A stretch of DNA of 63,650 nucleotides, filler included, from Salisapilia sapeloensis CBS 127946 (lineage: Eukaryota; Protista; Oomycota): the NCBI GenBank assembly GCA_023334545.1. It is 8 parts of 8 records of this genome, joined end to end, with 100 filler letters (N's around TTAATTAATTAA, not from the genome) between each part and the next. Parts side by side here need not be neighbours in the genome. Positions count along the whole stretch, not along the records: positions 1 to 5,777 come from JAADVB010000592.1; positions 5,878 to 8,350 come from JAADVB010000898.1; positions 8,451 to 32,791 come from JAADVB010000260.1; 5 more parts are not named here. One strand, written 5' to 3'. Position numbers and translations under genes: made by a program. Within the stretch, counting starts at the first letter, position 1; each line of letters begins with the position of its first letter. The notes beneath the pieces were generated by a model. The model had not been told where the DNA came from and searched no databases. It saw only the letters and a program-made list of their open reading frames with translations. Shown here in pieces: positions 1 to 10,801 of this stretch.

Positions 1-1
1 C

Positions 2-445
2 CCATATCCTCCCGGGACGGCCGGATTTATGCGTTGGAAAGGAGCCAAGTCACGGCGCGACCAATACTGTGGCATGACCATGGTGCAACATGATATGGAT
101 GGAAACCCTGTCTTCTTTCACCGAAATTCAAAAAAAGTAACTGGGAAAGGAGAGGATGCGCAAGGGATACTTGCATGGACTCATTTACAACAATTCGTTG
201 GTGGAATGGACTATGACGTTGTACGAAACCACTACCGAACGGATATTAGTGAAGCGATGAAGGAGCCGATTGCAGTCGAGAGGTGCGTAGGGAACTTGGA
301 CATGAAATCCGAGTACTTTAACACAACGGAGATGCCGTTCCAAGACCTGGAGAGGGCTCTCTTACAATATGCGACCGAGGCTGCCGAGTTACTTATTGAC
401 AGGCCCATCAAAAGCAGGGTTTCGAACATTAAAATTGTACTTTGA
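2..445 (+). CDS. 3' part of a GT71/MNN2-like nucleotide-diphospho-sugar transferase (5' end outside window)
   Basis: Frame is open from base 2: PYPPGTAGF...YCGMTMVQHDMDGNPVFFHRNSKK...WTHL. This resembles the C-terminal motifs of the oomycete GT71-like family. Confidence 0.6.
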   Translation, partial: PYPPGTAGFMRWKGAKSRRDQYCGMTMVQHDMDGNPVFFHRNSKKVTGKGEDAQGILAWTHLQQFVGGMDYDVVRNHYRTDISEAMKEPIAVERCVGNLDMKSEYFNTTEMPFQDLERALLQYATEAAELLIDRPIKSRVSNIKIVL

Positions 446-1090
446 TCGGTCTTCCAAATTCAAGCTAATCAACAATTGCAATGACTGATCATTGCTATTT
501 AATGAGAAGTGATGTAGAAGGTGATGACTTTTGAATGTGCAGTACTTGTCCAAAGTACGTAGAATGTTCTCTAGTAAGATATATGTACATTCAAGCTACC
601 AACTTTTACCTTCTTTGCTTTTAAAGTCTTGGATAGTTGGTTATGGCGAGGATACTGATGAAAAATGCATGTAGTACTTTGATCCTGAAGCTACTTGTAT
701 CGACGATCAATACATAAACGGAAGTGGAGATAGTTTTTGGTATCTGTTTCTTCATAAACCTACTTATGGCAATGGACTTCCAGATCTAGGAAAGGTTTAA
801 AAAGAAAGGGAGACTCATCTACTAAAGATGTTCGACGAGGAGATGAGGAGCAGACATTGGGATTGCTGGGAAGCGTAAAGATAGCAGCTATGACCTGAGA
901 TAGGTTTGAAATGGAGGGATGACAAATTTTATCAGGCAGTTAGGAAGGGGTATAAGTCCGCGTCGTGCTTGACATCGTTTCTAGTAAGCCAGGTCAATCG
1001 AATTGAAGTGGAAGTGAACGGTTTCTATCGCGACTAAAGGCTGGTAAAGCAAGACAAAGGCTGTAGATAAGAAACGGACACGTTAATAGC

Positions 1091-2130
1091 TTGGCAGCTA
1101 CATGCATACCATCGTGCCGATATCAAATGCCTTCCAATCCTAAAGAGTTCTATAGTTTGTTGTTTAATAAAATTAGGCATGAAGGTTCAATCATGGTTGT
1201 TATTGGTATCAGTAAGTTCCAAATCATTATGGAACGACAAGTAGCCAACATAAAGATACTTTCAAGATATTTTTTACCACTAACGTGCAAGTTACCCAGC
1301 TTGATGATTTATTCGTTGCAAAAAAGCTTCCACAAGGTAGCTTGATGCTTTTGCATTGACTAGTAGCTATGCTATCACGCCATCGAGAGGGCTTCAACAT
1401 CCACTTCAGTAGCATTATAATATTCGGTCTTGGATACTCGGCATGGAAATTTTCTTATCATTCTGTCGGACGATTGTCCCGTAGATGTCTACAAAATGGA
1501 TCAACAAGCTACGTTACCCAGAAAATTTAAAAGCTTGCTATTGTTCTCTGCAAGAGGGAGACTAGGATAAAACGGCATTGTCGTTTCATGCTGGATGGCA
1601 TCGTAAATATTCAGTCAGTAGCTTGTTCACTTGAACCCAGCGAAACACTCAACCGACGATGAACCAACAGTATCAATTCATTAAGCATAAAGTTGAATGC
1701 ATTTGTATCCGGTACCCATCAATAGATCACGCCGATTGTACGCTCGTTGGTTGTAAGCCACCCCAACCCATTCCAATCGGCACTACTGGCTTGTTGCGGA
1801 TAAATCTGACTTACTGACAACGACGTGAAGGACTGGATAGCCAGGATGGATGTCGAAGGGCTGTTTCAAAGCTTATTTGAAGTCGAACGGAAACTGGCCA
1901 TCAAAGATCGTGAGGTAGATAGAGCCTATGAGACGTTTTCTTTTCATCAGGAAAAAGATCACGGTATATATGCACTTTCGTTTTAGTTCTCGGCTTACAA
2001 GGGGAACCAGAAATTGGTCTATGCACAATTTCGTTTTCGTTCCTTCAGCTAAAGACCAGCCTTTCATATCAACTGCTGGCCTGGTTTAGAACGACTGAGC
2101 GGATGCCGAATGAGAAGCTAGGTATCTAGA
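1091..2130 (+). pseudogene. Decayed kinase-like gene, possibly a type II PI4-kinase
   Basis: Reading through in-frame stops and a frameshift gives ordered motifs MPSNPKEF, ERQVA, LDTRHGNFLII (1430-1462), MDQQATLP, CWMA and DVKDWIARMDVE. These are collinear with PI4K-II motifs (PNNPKGF, REVAAY, DRHxGNILV, IDHGxxLP, W, YIxxLD). Confidence 0.35.
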
Positions 2131-3476
2131 TGACGACAGAAGCTTAAAAACGTTCCAGTATCTTTCATCCAGACACAGAAGTATGCGCTTGAACGCAAGT
2201 AGCAAATTTTAAGCATTCCTTCCACCGTCGTAGAAACCCTCTAGCCTCCTACCGTCAATGGCGGTTGCCTGCACACCCGAATATATTTATTGAGGAGGCC
2301 AATGCGTTCACTCGTGATACCATGCCTTGTGGTAACCTAGATTAATGATAAGACCTCACCTAGGGAGCACTCAACTGGAAGCCCACAAAATAAAAAAATG
2401 AACACATATTTCCTTTGAAGGCATTTTGATACAGATCGATTTACATGCCCTTTTGTAATGGTAAAAGCGTACACTCGACCGGAAGAGGTCATTGATTAAC
2501 AAGGATATAGTAAAAGCTATTCGAAAGTGATGTGATCTATCTTTCGTGGCCCACGTGTGGCTGCAGATAATCCTCAAGGAATGCATCATTACAACCCATT
2601 CGATACCGATTGGCATGATATCGTCGGAAGAGCGTGACAGCATTGCACTGCACGTCGACAAGAACGTAGCTAGACGAAGATAACGCCATCTCTTGGCATA
2701 GCCCCTTAACGGGACTCGAACGAGCAGACACGGCGGAGCTTCAAAGAGGGGGAACAGGTGAGCCTGCTTTCTGATTAGACTGAATTTGTCGTTGGTCGAA
2801 AGACGACTCGTCGCATCTGTCGCTGAACCGCCAAGGTGCAGCCGTCGAGGGCGTTTGTGCTGGAAAATCGCATCCTTTCGTACGCGGATGGACACACATG
2901 CACCCGACTTGCCTCTTCGCCGCCACGCTTGACAGGCCGTGCATGCAAATGGCCATCGGCGCCGATACATGACGACTAGGTCGAACCTCCAAGACTTGAT
3001 TTTTTTCGCATCGGTCTTATTCAACACCAAGATCTCGCGCCTCTTTTCCTCTGCCAGCAACCTTCCCGAAATGTAGAAGACAGGCACGTGAAACGTCCGA
3101 CGCGCGGAGCCGCATAAAACAAGAGAGATTGATGTTGGCCACTCTGCCGCCGCACGCCATCCTCGACAATACAAAAGATTTTTTCGAATGCCCACCGCCT
3201 TTCTACTATTTTCACTACTCAACCATACATTCGGCAAGTGATGCACAAAGACCTGCAGCACGAGCCCAGCGTGTCGTTTGCAAAGCGAAGCGTCGTTCAT
3301 GGCAGCCATCCGAAGAAGAAACACAGGTATCTTGGGTTGAGTATGTGAAAAATCGAAGCCTTGCAAAAAATAAATGGCGTGCTCGCCCATCCCCGTCTCT
3401 AACGAGCGGGCGCCGCGCCGAAGAGACTTGCGCGTCCTCACAAGCGCTTTCGCCTCGAACCTCTCACATCCTCAAC

Positions 3477-4151
3477 ATGGCGTCGGATGCGGAAGTCCTG
3501 CAGGTCGGAGAGATCTTGCTCTCACTCAAGAATGAACCCGTCGTCCACTCGTACCGCCACAAGGCCTACGGCCTCTCGGTCATCACGAGCGCCACGGAAC
3601 CCATGGTCTACTCGACCGAAAGTCCCATGGCCACGTTCGCCAAGCCACCCAACCAATCGCCACGACGGTGCGGCACACCGGACGTGCAGCTCGCCGATTT
3701 ACGCGCGTGCTTCAATCTGCCCATTGCCGAGGTCGCTCGCCGCTTTGGTATCTGCGCGACGTTGCTGAAGAAAATCTGCCGAAAGCACGGCATCCAGCGC
3801 TGGCCGCACCGACAGATCCGGTCGCTCGAAAAGAGCATTGCGATGCTACGTGATTCCCTTCGCGCCGCCAAAGGCAGCAACCAGGACTACATTTCGAAAA
3901 AGATTGCCGCGTTCGAGTACACGCTCGAGTGCATTATCGAGGATCCGAATACGGCGGCAAAAGGCATTTCCGCCGGTCGCCTCGCGTCTCCATCCAGTGA
4001 CGACATGGCGCGTCGTCGTGTGCGTCAACGCAAGAAACCGTTGCCATCGGCTCACGCCGGTCTCACGGCACTGTCTCGTGACTCTGGAAGCGAAAGCGAC
4101 ACCAGGTCGGAGCCGAAAGATGCCATGTCCATGCAGTCCATCCTATGTTAG
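3477..4151 (+). CDS. RWP-RK domain transcription factor
   Basis: FNLPIAEVARRFGICATLLKKICRKHGIQRWPHRQIRSL is the RWP-RK signature. First ATG in a plausible context is at 3477 (the ORF track starts at a TTG, 3129). Confidence 0.9.
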   Translation: MASDAEVLQVGEILLSLKNEPVVHSYRHKAYGLSVITSATEPMVYSTESPMATFAKPPNQSPRRCGTPDVQLADLRACFNLPIAEVARRFGICATLLKKICRKHGIQRWPHRQIRSLEKSIAMLRDSLRAAKGSNQDYISKKIAAFEYTLECIIEDPNTAAKGISAGRLASPSSDDMARRRVRQRKKPLPSAHAGLTALSRDSGSESDTRSEPKDAMSMQSILC

Positions 4152-4341
4152 ATGATGAGTGAATGTTTATAAGTCAAGTTGCCAATCGACACAAATACAT
4201 TTTTTCCTACTAGACATCCACACTGGTCCACTTTATTTTCTCTTGTTTCATAGCTAAAAAATTAGTTAAATAGCTACAATAATATCAAACATTTCGAGAC
4301 GTTGGCACCGCGTCCTCGCCATCGATCAGAATCGCATCACG

Positions 4342-5376
4342 ATGGACGTAGTAGACGCAGCCCAGACACGTACCAAAGGGTATGTCGATAACATCGACTT
4401 GACCCACTGCTTGACGCACACTTCCCTCGATAAAGTAGCCGACAAGCTACCGGCGTTCCGGCAGATCGAAGGCAAAGTCCGGGACGTCTATGTGCTCGAG
4501 CACAAGGACCGTGTCGTGCTCGTGGCGACGGATCGGCAGAGCGCATTCGACCGGGCGCTCGCGAGCATCCCGTACAAGGGCCGAGTGCTCACCATGACGA
4601 GTATCTGGTGGTTCCAGAACACGAGGTCGATCATTCCGAACCACTTCCTCGCCATGCCACACCCATCGGCCATGCTCGTTCGCAAGTGTAGTGTCTTCCC
4701 CGTCGAGTTCGTCGTCCGTGGGTACATCACTGGCTCCACGAGCACGTCCATGTGGATGAACTACGCCAAGGGCTGCCGAGACTTTTGTGGACACGCCCTC
4801 CCGGACGGGTACGTGAAGAATCAGAAGCTACCGGAGAACCTCGTGACGCCCACGACCAAGGACGATGAGCACGATGAGCTCATCTCTGGTGCCGAGATCG
4901 TTGCTTCTGGACGTATGACGCAGGAGCAGTGGGACTATTGTGAGCAAAAGGCTCTCGAGCTCTTCGCCTTTGGGCAGCAAGAGGCAGAGAAGCGAGGTCT
5001 GCTCCTCGTCGACACCAAGTACGAGTTCGGCGTTGATGCCGACGGTGTCATCCGGCTCATCGACGAAATCCACACACCCGACTCGAGTCGCTTCTGGATC
5101 AAACACTCGTACGAAGAGCGGATGGAGCGTCAGCTCGCTCCAGACAGCATCGACAAGGAGTTCCTCCGCCTTTGGTTCGTCGACCACTGCGATCCGTACA
5201 AGGACGAAGTCTTGCCTGAGGCTCCGGACGATCTTGTTCGAGAGCTCTCGAGACGCTACATTCTCCTCTACGAACTCATCACGGGCGAAACGTTTGACAT
5301 TCCCACTCTGGACGGTGGAGACGCGCTGGATGAACTGCAGAAGAGTCTTGTCCGGACGTTTGAAGAGGAGCCATAG
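4342..5376 (+). CDS. ADE1: SAICAR synthase (phosphoribosylaminoimidazole-succinocarboxamide synthase)
   Basis: Motifs GKVRDVY, ATDRQSAFD, EFVVRGYITGS, LVDTKYEFG, DEIHTPDSSRFW, DKEFLRLW. Intact 344-aa ORF. Confidence 0.96.
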   Translation: MDVVDAAQTRTKGYVDNIDLTHCLTHTSLDKVADKLPAFRQIEGKVRDVYVLEHKDRVVLVATDRQSAFDRALASIPYKGRVLTMTSIWWFQNTRSIIPNHFLAMPHPSAMLVRKCSVFPVEFVVRGYITGSTSTSMWMNYAKGCRDFCGHALPDGYVKNQKLPENLVTPTTKDDEHDELISGAEIVASGRMTQEQWDYCEQKALELFAFGQQEAEKRGLLLVDTKYEFGVDADGVIRLIDEIHTPDSSRFWIKHSYEERMERQLAPDSIDKEFLRLWFVDHCDPYKDEVLPEAPDDLVRELSRRYILLYELITGETFDIPTLDGGDALDELQKSLVRTFEEEP

Positions 5377-5422
5377 GACACCTCTCTAATCACTCAATAC
5401 ACTTTTATCTTTGTTTAGCTTT

Positions 5423-5777
5423 CTAGTTGCAAGGGTGGACGGCAGCCTTGGATTTCCTGTGGTCGTGGTCGTAGCTGATGCACGTGTTGTCGTCTTTGAA
5501 TCTCCAAGCGTAGTTCGTGCCGATGGATTTTTGCGTGCGTTTGATGTAGATGACAGCGTACACAGCAGCTCTCCATCTTGCTTGAGGCGAGTGGGGCTTC
5601 GTCTTGTGCTTGGACAGAAGGAAGACGCCGGAGAGCGTGATGCCAGCGCCGAGGAAGAACATGGCGAGCTACGTTTCGAGTGGAATGAGTAAAGAGATAG
5701 GAAGTGTGCAGTGCAAACAAGACTCACCGATAGGACGGACATGTCGGCGAACTCTTCAAAGTAGACGCCGCCGCCGA
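5423..5777 (-). CDS. 3' end of a NIPA-like/DMT (Mg2+ transporter-type) membrane protein, cut by the linker
   Basis: Splicing a GT-AG intron at 5669-5727 gives GGGVYFEEFADMSVLSLAMFFLGAGITLSGVFLLS, resembling the last NIPA transmembrane helices. Confidence 0.65.
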
Positions 5778-5877
5778 NNNNNNNNNNNNNNNNNNNNNNN
5801 NNNNNNNNNNNNNNNNNNNNNTTAATTAATTAANNNNNNNNNNNNNNNNNNNNNNNNNNNNNNNNNNNNNNNNNNNN
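5778..5877. other. Artificial 100-bp assembly linker (N44-TTAATTAATTAA-N44)
   Basis: Six-frame stop 12-mer centred in Ns. Same design at 8351-8450, 32792-32891, 41397-41496, 43404-43503, 56341-56440 and 59253-59352. Confidence 0.97.
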
Positions 5878-6018
5878 ACATCACGTCACGAAGCTAATCA
5901 AATAATTCGCTAAAAAATATCTTTTTCACATCATATATATACAAGTACACAGCAAAAAAATATATTTGTATATTGTTCAGGCCAGTTGAGCAAAGATAAA
6001 ACTCTGCGAATTGTCCAA
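5878..6018 (+). repeat. Left arm of a 141-bp perfect inverted repeat
   Basis: ACATCACGTCACGAAGC...GCGAATTGTCCAA is the exact reverse complement of 8210-8350. Confidence 0.95.
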
Positions 6019-8209
6019 ATAGCACCTTTTGAACTTAATTAAACAACTCACTTTTGCTCGAACATAAATTTAGAGCTACAATAACAATTCATTGAGCTAT
6101 TAAGTATTAAAATTGCTTTTTATGAACACTGTGAAGTGATTTATTTTACAAAACAAAACATGTAATAACAAACTGTTTAAATGTAAAGATTTGCATCTCA
6201 AAAGCGTTTTTAAAATCGGAAGTTTCTGACCTGTACAAATGCAATTTTTGTATTATCTTTAGCAAATACAAGTATGTGGTTTTTTTTACTACATGGTTAT
6301 GAGTATTACGTATTAAATTGAAATATATTTGTTTATCACCAAACTATACACATGTTGCCAAATTTACGTTTTGTAATAAGCATTATTTGTAAGCAAAAAA
6401 TGTTTTAAAATTGATTCTATAACAATAACAAAAGTTTTATTTAAATTATACAATATCATTAAAAATACCAATTATTTAAAAACAAAATCCGTGTTTAAAA
6501 TTGTAAAGCTTATAATGTGTTATATACGAAAAAAATTCATTAGAAAGTCTAACTGTCAGACTTTAAAATGCCCGAAAAAAATGAATCTAATGTTGTAATT
6601 TGTACGATTTAAACCTCTGAATTTGCGTTTTATGTTTTATTAGTAGTAAAAAATATTTTTATAATTTCAACCTTATTTTGACAAAAATTCTAGACAGAAA
6701 TTTTTACCAACACCAAAGTCAGTATAAAACTTTTTATTTACAGTCATTTCGAGATTACAGTTTGTTAATAAGTGTTACACATCAAAAGAAATTTGTAATA
6801 CACAATTTTACAATTTTAAATATAAAAAAATAACTGCATATGCTTTTATTGTTTTGATTTGTTGTAATTACACGTTTGCTACATTTTATACTAAACATAA
6901 AATAAAACTCATATCGCTTTATTAATCATTTATGTTTAGGCATTACGATATTACATATTTGAAGTTTTATTATTAAACTTTTAAATATAGATCCATTTCA
7001 AAGTTTGTTTGGTTTTTGTATTATAATATGCTTAACGATTTTACATAAGCTAAGATCGAAAACACGGTATATACTCGATAATTTAGATTTTTACGTATTT
7101 TTTTTTTATTACAACAATTAAATAACTAATGAAGATCGTTTAAACTTAATTTTATCAAAACGTATTTTAAATTATGTATATTAATATCAAATCTTGTGCG
7201 ACTAAATTATTTTTTAAAACAGTTACCACAAACATTAATTTATATTTAAAATTCAATTATTATTTGAATTTGTGCTGTTAAAACTATTTATTTAACCAAG
7301 TTTTATATTAGCTTTAACGTATATATTAAAACGTACGATATTGATATTGTTGTTTAATTCTTTTTACTATTCAATTTATATTATTAACACTTTTCGTTTT
7401 AGATGCGTTGCTTTTTAAAATTAATGTTTGTCAGCAAATACTTCTTTTATATACAACTATTTTAATACTAAAATTAGTATTAAGTTTGACCATGTTTATA
7501 TTAATGTTTTATGCTTTAAAGTATGGTTTAAATTTTCTTTTACAAACTAATGTTTTTGCCAAAAAAGCAACGATATCAATTTTCTAACGCTTTAATTTAA
7601 TTTTATCATTCAATAATAGGATGATTCTACGTATGAGTGTGCAAATAGGTTGATACACTATGTTTAAATGTGAAACCATACACTACTTAAACGTCCTTTT
7701 GCTAATTCAATCTTACAAAATTTTCTATTCTTTTAACATATTTTTCATATGCTTATATTAGTAAAATACTTATTTTTTACACTTTTTTAAATTTTTATGA
7801 CAAAATACGAATTGCATTGCAGTTACTGTATGCAGCAACATTCATATGTAATTACGTACATATATTATGTATTAGAGAAAGGTAACCCTTTTTTTTCGAT
7901 GACTTGCTTTTTAAATGCCGCAAATTTTGTCGTTTTTGTGTTTTCTACAGACAAGTGTTATATATTTAAACAATATTTTTGCTGAAACAACGTTTTCAGA
8001 GATACACTAAAAACCAAATATATCCATAGTATATTGTTTAACACTTTTTGTGCGGGATTGTTTATATAAGATAAATATTTTCTCTTTATTTTTCTATTAT
8101 TTTGTGCACAACACTTTTACTAAGTCTAATACTTACTTTTTTTAAATTTCAACACATATTCAAAAACGAAATCTTATGCATTTGTTAGTTTTTGTAAGTA
8201 ATTAGCTAC

Positions 8210-8350
8210 TTGGACAATTCGCAGAGTTTTATCTTTGCTCAACTGGCCTGAACAATATACAAATATATTTTTTTGCTGTGTACTTGTATATATATGATGT
8301 GAAAAAGATATTTTTTAGCGAATTATTTGATTAGCTTCGTGACGTGATGT
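8210..8350 (-). repeat. Right arm of the 141-bp perfect inverted repeat
   Basis: Reverse complement of 5878-6018. Confidence 0.95.
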
Positions 8351-8450
8351 NNNNNNNNNNNNNNNNNNNNNNNNNNNNNNNNNNNNNNNNNNNNTTAATT
8401 AATTAANNNNNNNNNNNNNNNNNNNNNNNNNNNNNNNNNNNNNNNNNNNN

Positions 8451-8740
8451 AAGCTCAGGATGCAGGCACCGCCCACAAGCGTCCCGACGTGCACAACACG
8501 GAGGTTGTCAATGTAGTCGGCGACAGCTCCCCATGCCGGCGGTGAGATCATCGCGCAAATGCATTGGATAGTCTGCAGCGTTGCAATCTGGAGCTGGGTA
8601 AAACCTAGCAGCGATTGAAAGAAGACTGGTATGAAGGGTAAGAAGCTACCTTTTGCCCCGCTGTTAATGAAATAAGCAGCCTTTGGTTTCCATAGGACAC
8701 CTGATTGCTTTTCTTTTGTTGCAACTTGCTCGTCTGTCAT
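8451..8740 (-). CDS. 5' end of an MFS transporter (MFS_1_like/MFSD6-type), cut by the linker
   Basis: AYFINSGAKGSFLPFIPVFFQSLLGFTQLQIATL...PPAWGAVAD matches MFS TM1-TM2 and the start of motif A. Confidence 0.75.
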
Positions 8741-9028
8741 TCTATTTCCCTCGCTTCCTGATGGTAACTTCAGAATTGATCACCATTTGCTGGCTTACGT
8801 TAAGCTGGACGAGAGACAGTCCAGGGAGAGCATTTGATAGAGGATTGTAGCAACCTTCGCTTACATTTCTGCCAAGTGACTTTCCTCTATGGGAAGACCT
8901 GTTCTTGGTGGGGTTACCATTGAGGATACTATAAATAACGGGCAGCAAGTTATGCCGTGTGCTTCAGCGTGAAGTTTCACTGCCAAACGGACACACCGTC
9001 GCTTAGGAGTCGCAGTATTGATAGCATC

Positions 9029-9931
9029 ATGTCCAAAGAGACCGACAGCGATGAAGAGATTCTTGAGCTTCAGTACAAGGTGCCGTGCTAAGTTTAGTTA
9101 AGAAAGTGTGGTAGATGTCTTACAGCAGTGTGCACAGATTATTCTATTGGGAGATGGAGCTGTCGGCAAGACATCAGTCGCGATGCGCTGCACCGAAGAT
9201 AACTTTTCTAATTTGTACAAGCAGACCATCGGCCTCGATTTCTTCCTAAAGCGACTGGTCCTCCCTGGTAGAGGCTTGATCAAGCCATACAGAATCAAAA
9301 TACGTCTGAACGATACCTAATGTAGGTGATGCCCAAGTTACAATTCAGCTGTGGGATATCGGTGGCCAGAGCATTGGAGGCAAGATGCTCACGAATTACA
9401 TTTATGGCGCCCAGGTATATAAAAGTCGTTTGAGAAGCCTCGGTAAACGTCTAATGCACGAGTGCCTATAGGCTGTCTTGCTCATGTACGATGTGACCAA
9501 CTATGCAAGTTTCCAAAACCTCGAAGACTGGTACCGCCTCGTTCGTCGGACTTTTGACAAGGGCGAGATGCCTTACGTAGCGCTCGTCGGCAACAAAAGT
9601 ACCTTTATTTGACCCGTGTTCTTGTTTATTCGACTAAGACAAGATTATAGCCGACTTGAATCACTTGCGCACCATCAAGTTAGCCAAGCACAAGCAGTTT
9701 GCAGAGGAGAACGATCTCAAGAGTTTCTTTCTGTCTGCCAAGACAGGAGACCAAGTCAATGCCACCTTCCGTCAAGTAGCTGCGGATCTGTCCGGCATCG
9801 AACTAGGGAAGAACGACTTGGACGAACAGACACCAGTGCTCAAAGCCCAGATCGTGAACCATGAACAGAACGACCCGGACGTGAAGAGCCCAGACATTCG
9901 CGCTCGGAAACGCCAATGTAATCTCCAATAA
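9029..9931 (+). CDS. RAB28: Rab28 small GTPase (multi-exon)
   Basis: Spliced product [17 protein letters not shown]|[13 protein letters not shown]...[10 protein letters not shown]...[13 protein letters not shown]...VGNK...SAKTGD, with a C-terminal CAAX (CNLQ). The DIGGQ motif and CAAX end are typical of Rab28. Confidence 0.88.
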
Positions 9932-10054
9932 AGACCTATCCGACCACTATCTCGATAAACGCTGGCAATGAACAAATGATGGTTTTAGTCGGCTATGAAA
10001 AGCCTAGATCTGCGTTATTACATGCTCCTGGCACTTGAAGGTGAAAAGACGTGC

Positions 10055-10393
10055 TTAGTAGTCCTCTCCGCCGCCGAACATGTCCATGCCGCCGCCAAGG
10101 TCCATCTCTTCTTCCTCTTCCTTGACTTCCTCCTTCTCTTCAGCCGCAGCTTCGCCACCGGCAGCGGCGCCAGCACCGCCAGCAACCGGGGCAGCGCCAG
10201 AAGACACAACGAGCTTCTTCTCACCCTCGGCGATGAGCTCGTCAATGTCCTTGCCCTCGACCTCCTTCATGATGGCGTTAAGGCGGGACTCGTCGGCGTC
10301 GATGCCGACGGAAGACAGAATCTTCTTGACGTCGTCGGCAGAAGGTTCCTTGCCACTGAGGGCAGCGAGTAGGTAGGCAGCAATGTAACGCAT
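10055..10393 (-). CDS. RPLP2: 60S acidic ribosomal protein P2
   Basis: [14 protein letters not shown]...Ala-rich hinge...[16 protein letters not shown]. Confidence 0.95.
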   Translation of the reverse strand: MRYIAAYLLAALSGKEPSADDVKKILSSVGIDADESRLNAIMKEVEGKDIDELIAEGEKKLVVSSGAAPVAGGAGAAAGGEAAAEEKEEVKEEEEEMDLGGGMDMFGGGEDY

Positions 10394-10801
10394 CTATAGA
10401 AACAAGCTTATTAGTTCACGTAACGGAGGCGTACTTCATGGAAGAGCTACCTTGAATCGATTTAAGGCTTTTGGACCAGATACAAGTTAGCCTGGGATGA
10501 GCCTCCGCAGCCAACCAAGGTGTCCACAAATATGTTTCATGTACGTGGACTACATCAAATGTATTTAGTATGATTTTCCTTAAAAGTCTACTTTATTTAA
10601 TATCATAATAATTGTATGCTCAATGAAAATTTTGGAAAAGTCTTAGTATGCAAAAAATAGCGTCGAGAGAGTTGAAAAGGTAGAAACAGATGACATCGGA
10701 ACGAATGGTGAGCGGGTCTCGAGGAGTCCAATCAAGTGACCATTTGCTTTTTGTGCTGCTCCGCTTCAGGACATCGTAGTACCCGCTTTCCTACGTAAAA
10801 A

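Larger units (their letters stand above)
5878..8350. mobile_element. AT-rich, ORF-free 2.47-kb unit with long terminal inverted repeats (non-autonomous TIR element or other IR-bounded element)
   Basis: Whole contig is about 20-25% GC by eye, has no credible ORF and ends in mirror-image 141-bp arms. No target-site duplication is visible because both ends abut linkers. Confidence 0.5.

Noticed and set aside
2371-3441. 356-aa minus-strand ORF, and other long overlapping ORFs (18486-19217, 27738-28616, 42046-42747, 44604-45261)
   Set aside because: No recognisable motifs. Most lie antisense to well-supported GC-rich genes and are codon-bias shadows; 2371-3441 covers the RWP-RK upstream region.
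5822-5833. TTAATTAATTAA recurring seven times
   Set aside because: Always centred in a 100-bp N block; an artificial six-frame-stop linker, not a biological repeat or piggyBac TSD.
6960-7010. KLLNIDPF as a mutated pogo-type QPLDVGxF motif
   Set aside because: Needs several assumed back-mutations; expected by chance in AT-rich DNA.
5878-8350. Mitochondrial/NUMT origin or alternative-genetic-code coding for the AT-rich unit
   Set aside because: No mitochondrial gene, rRNA or tRNA is recognisable. Reading TAA/TAG as sense on the plus strand gave at most about 300 codons, nearly lacking D, E, G and W and not protein-like. The minus strand was not checked in that detail.
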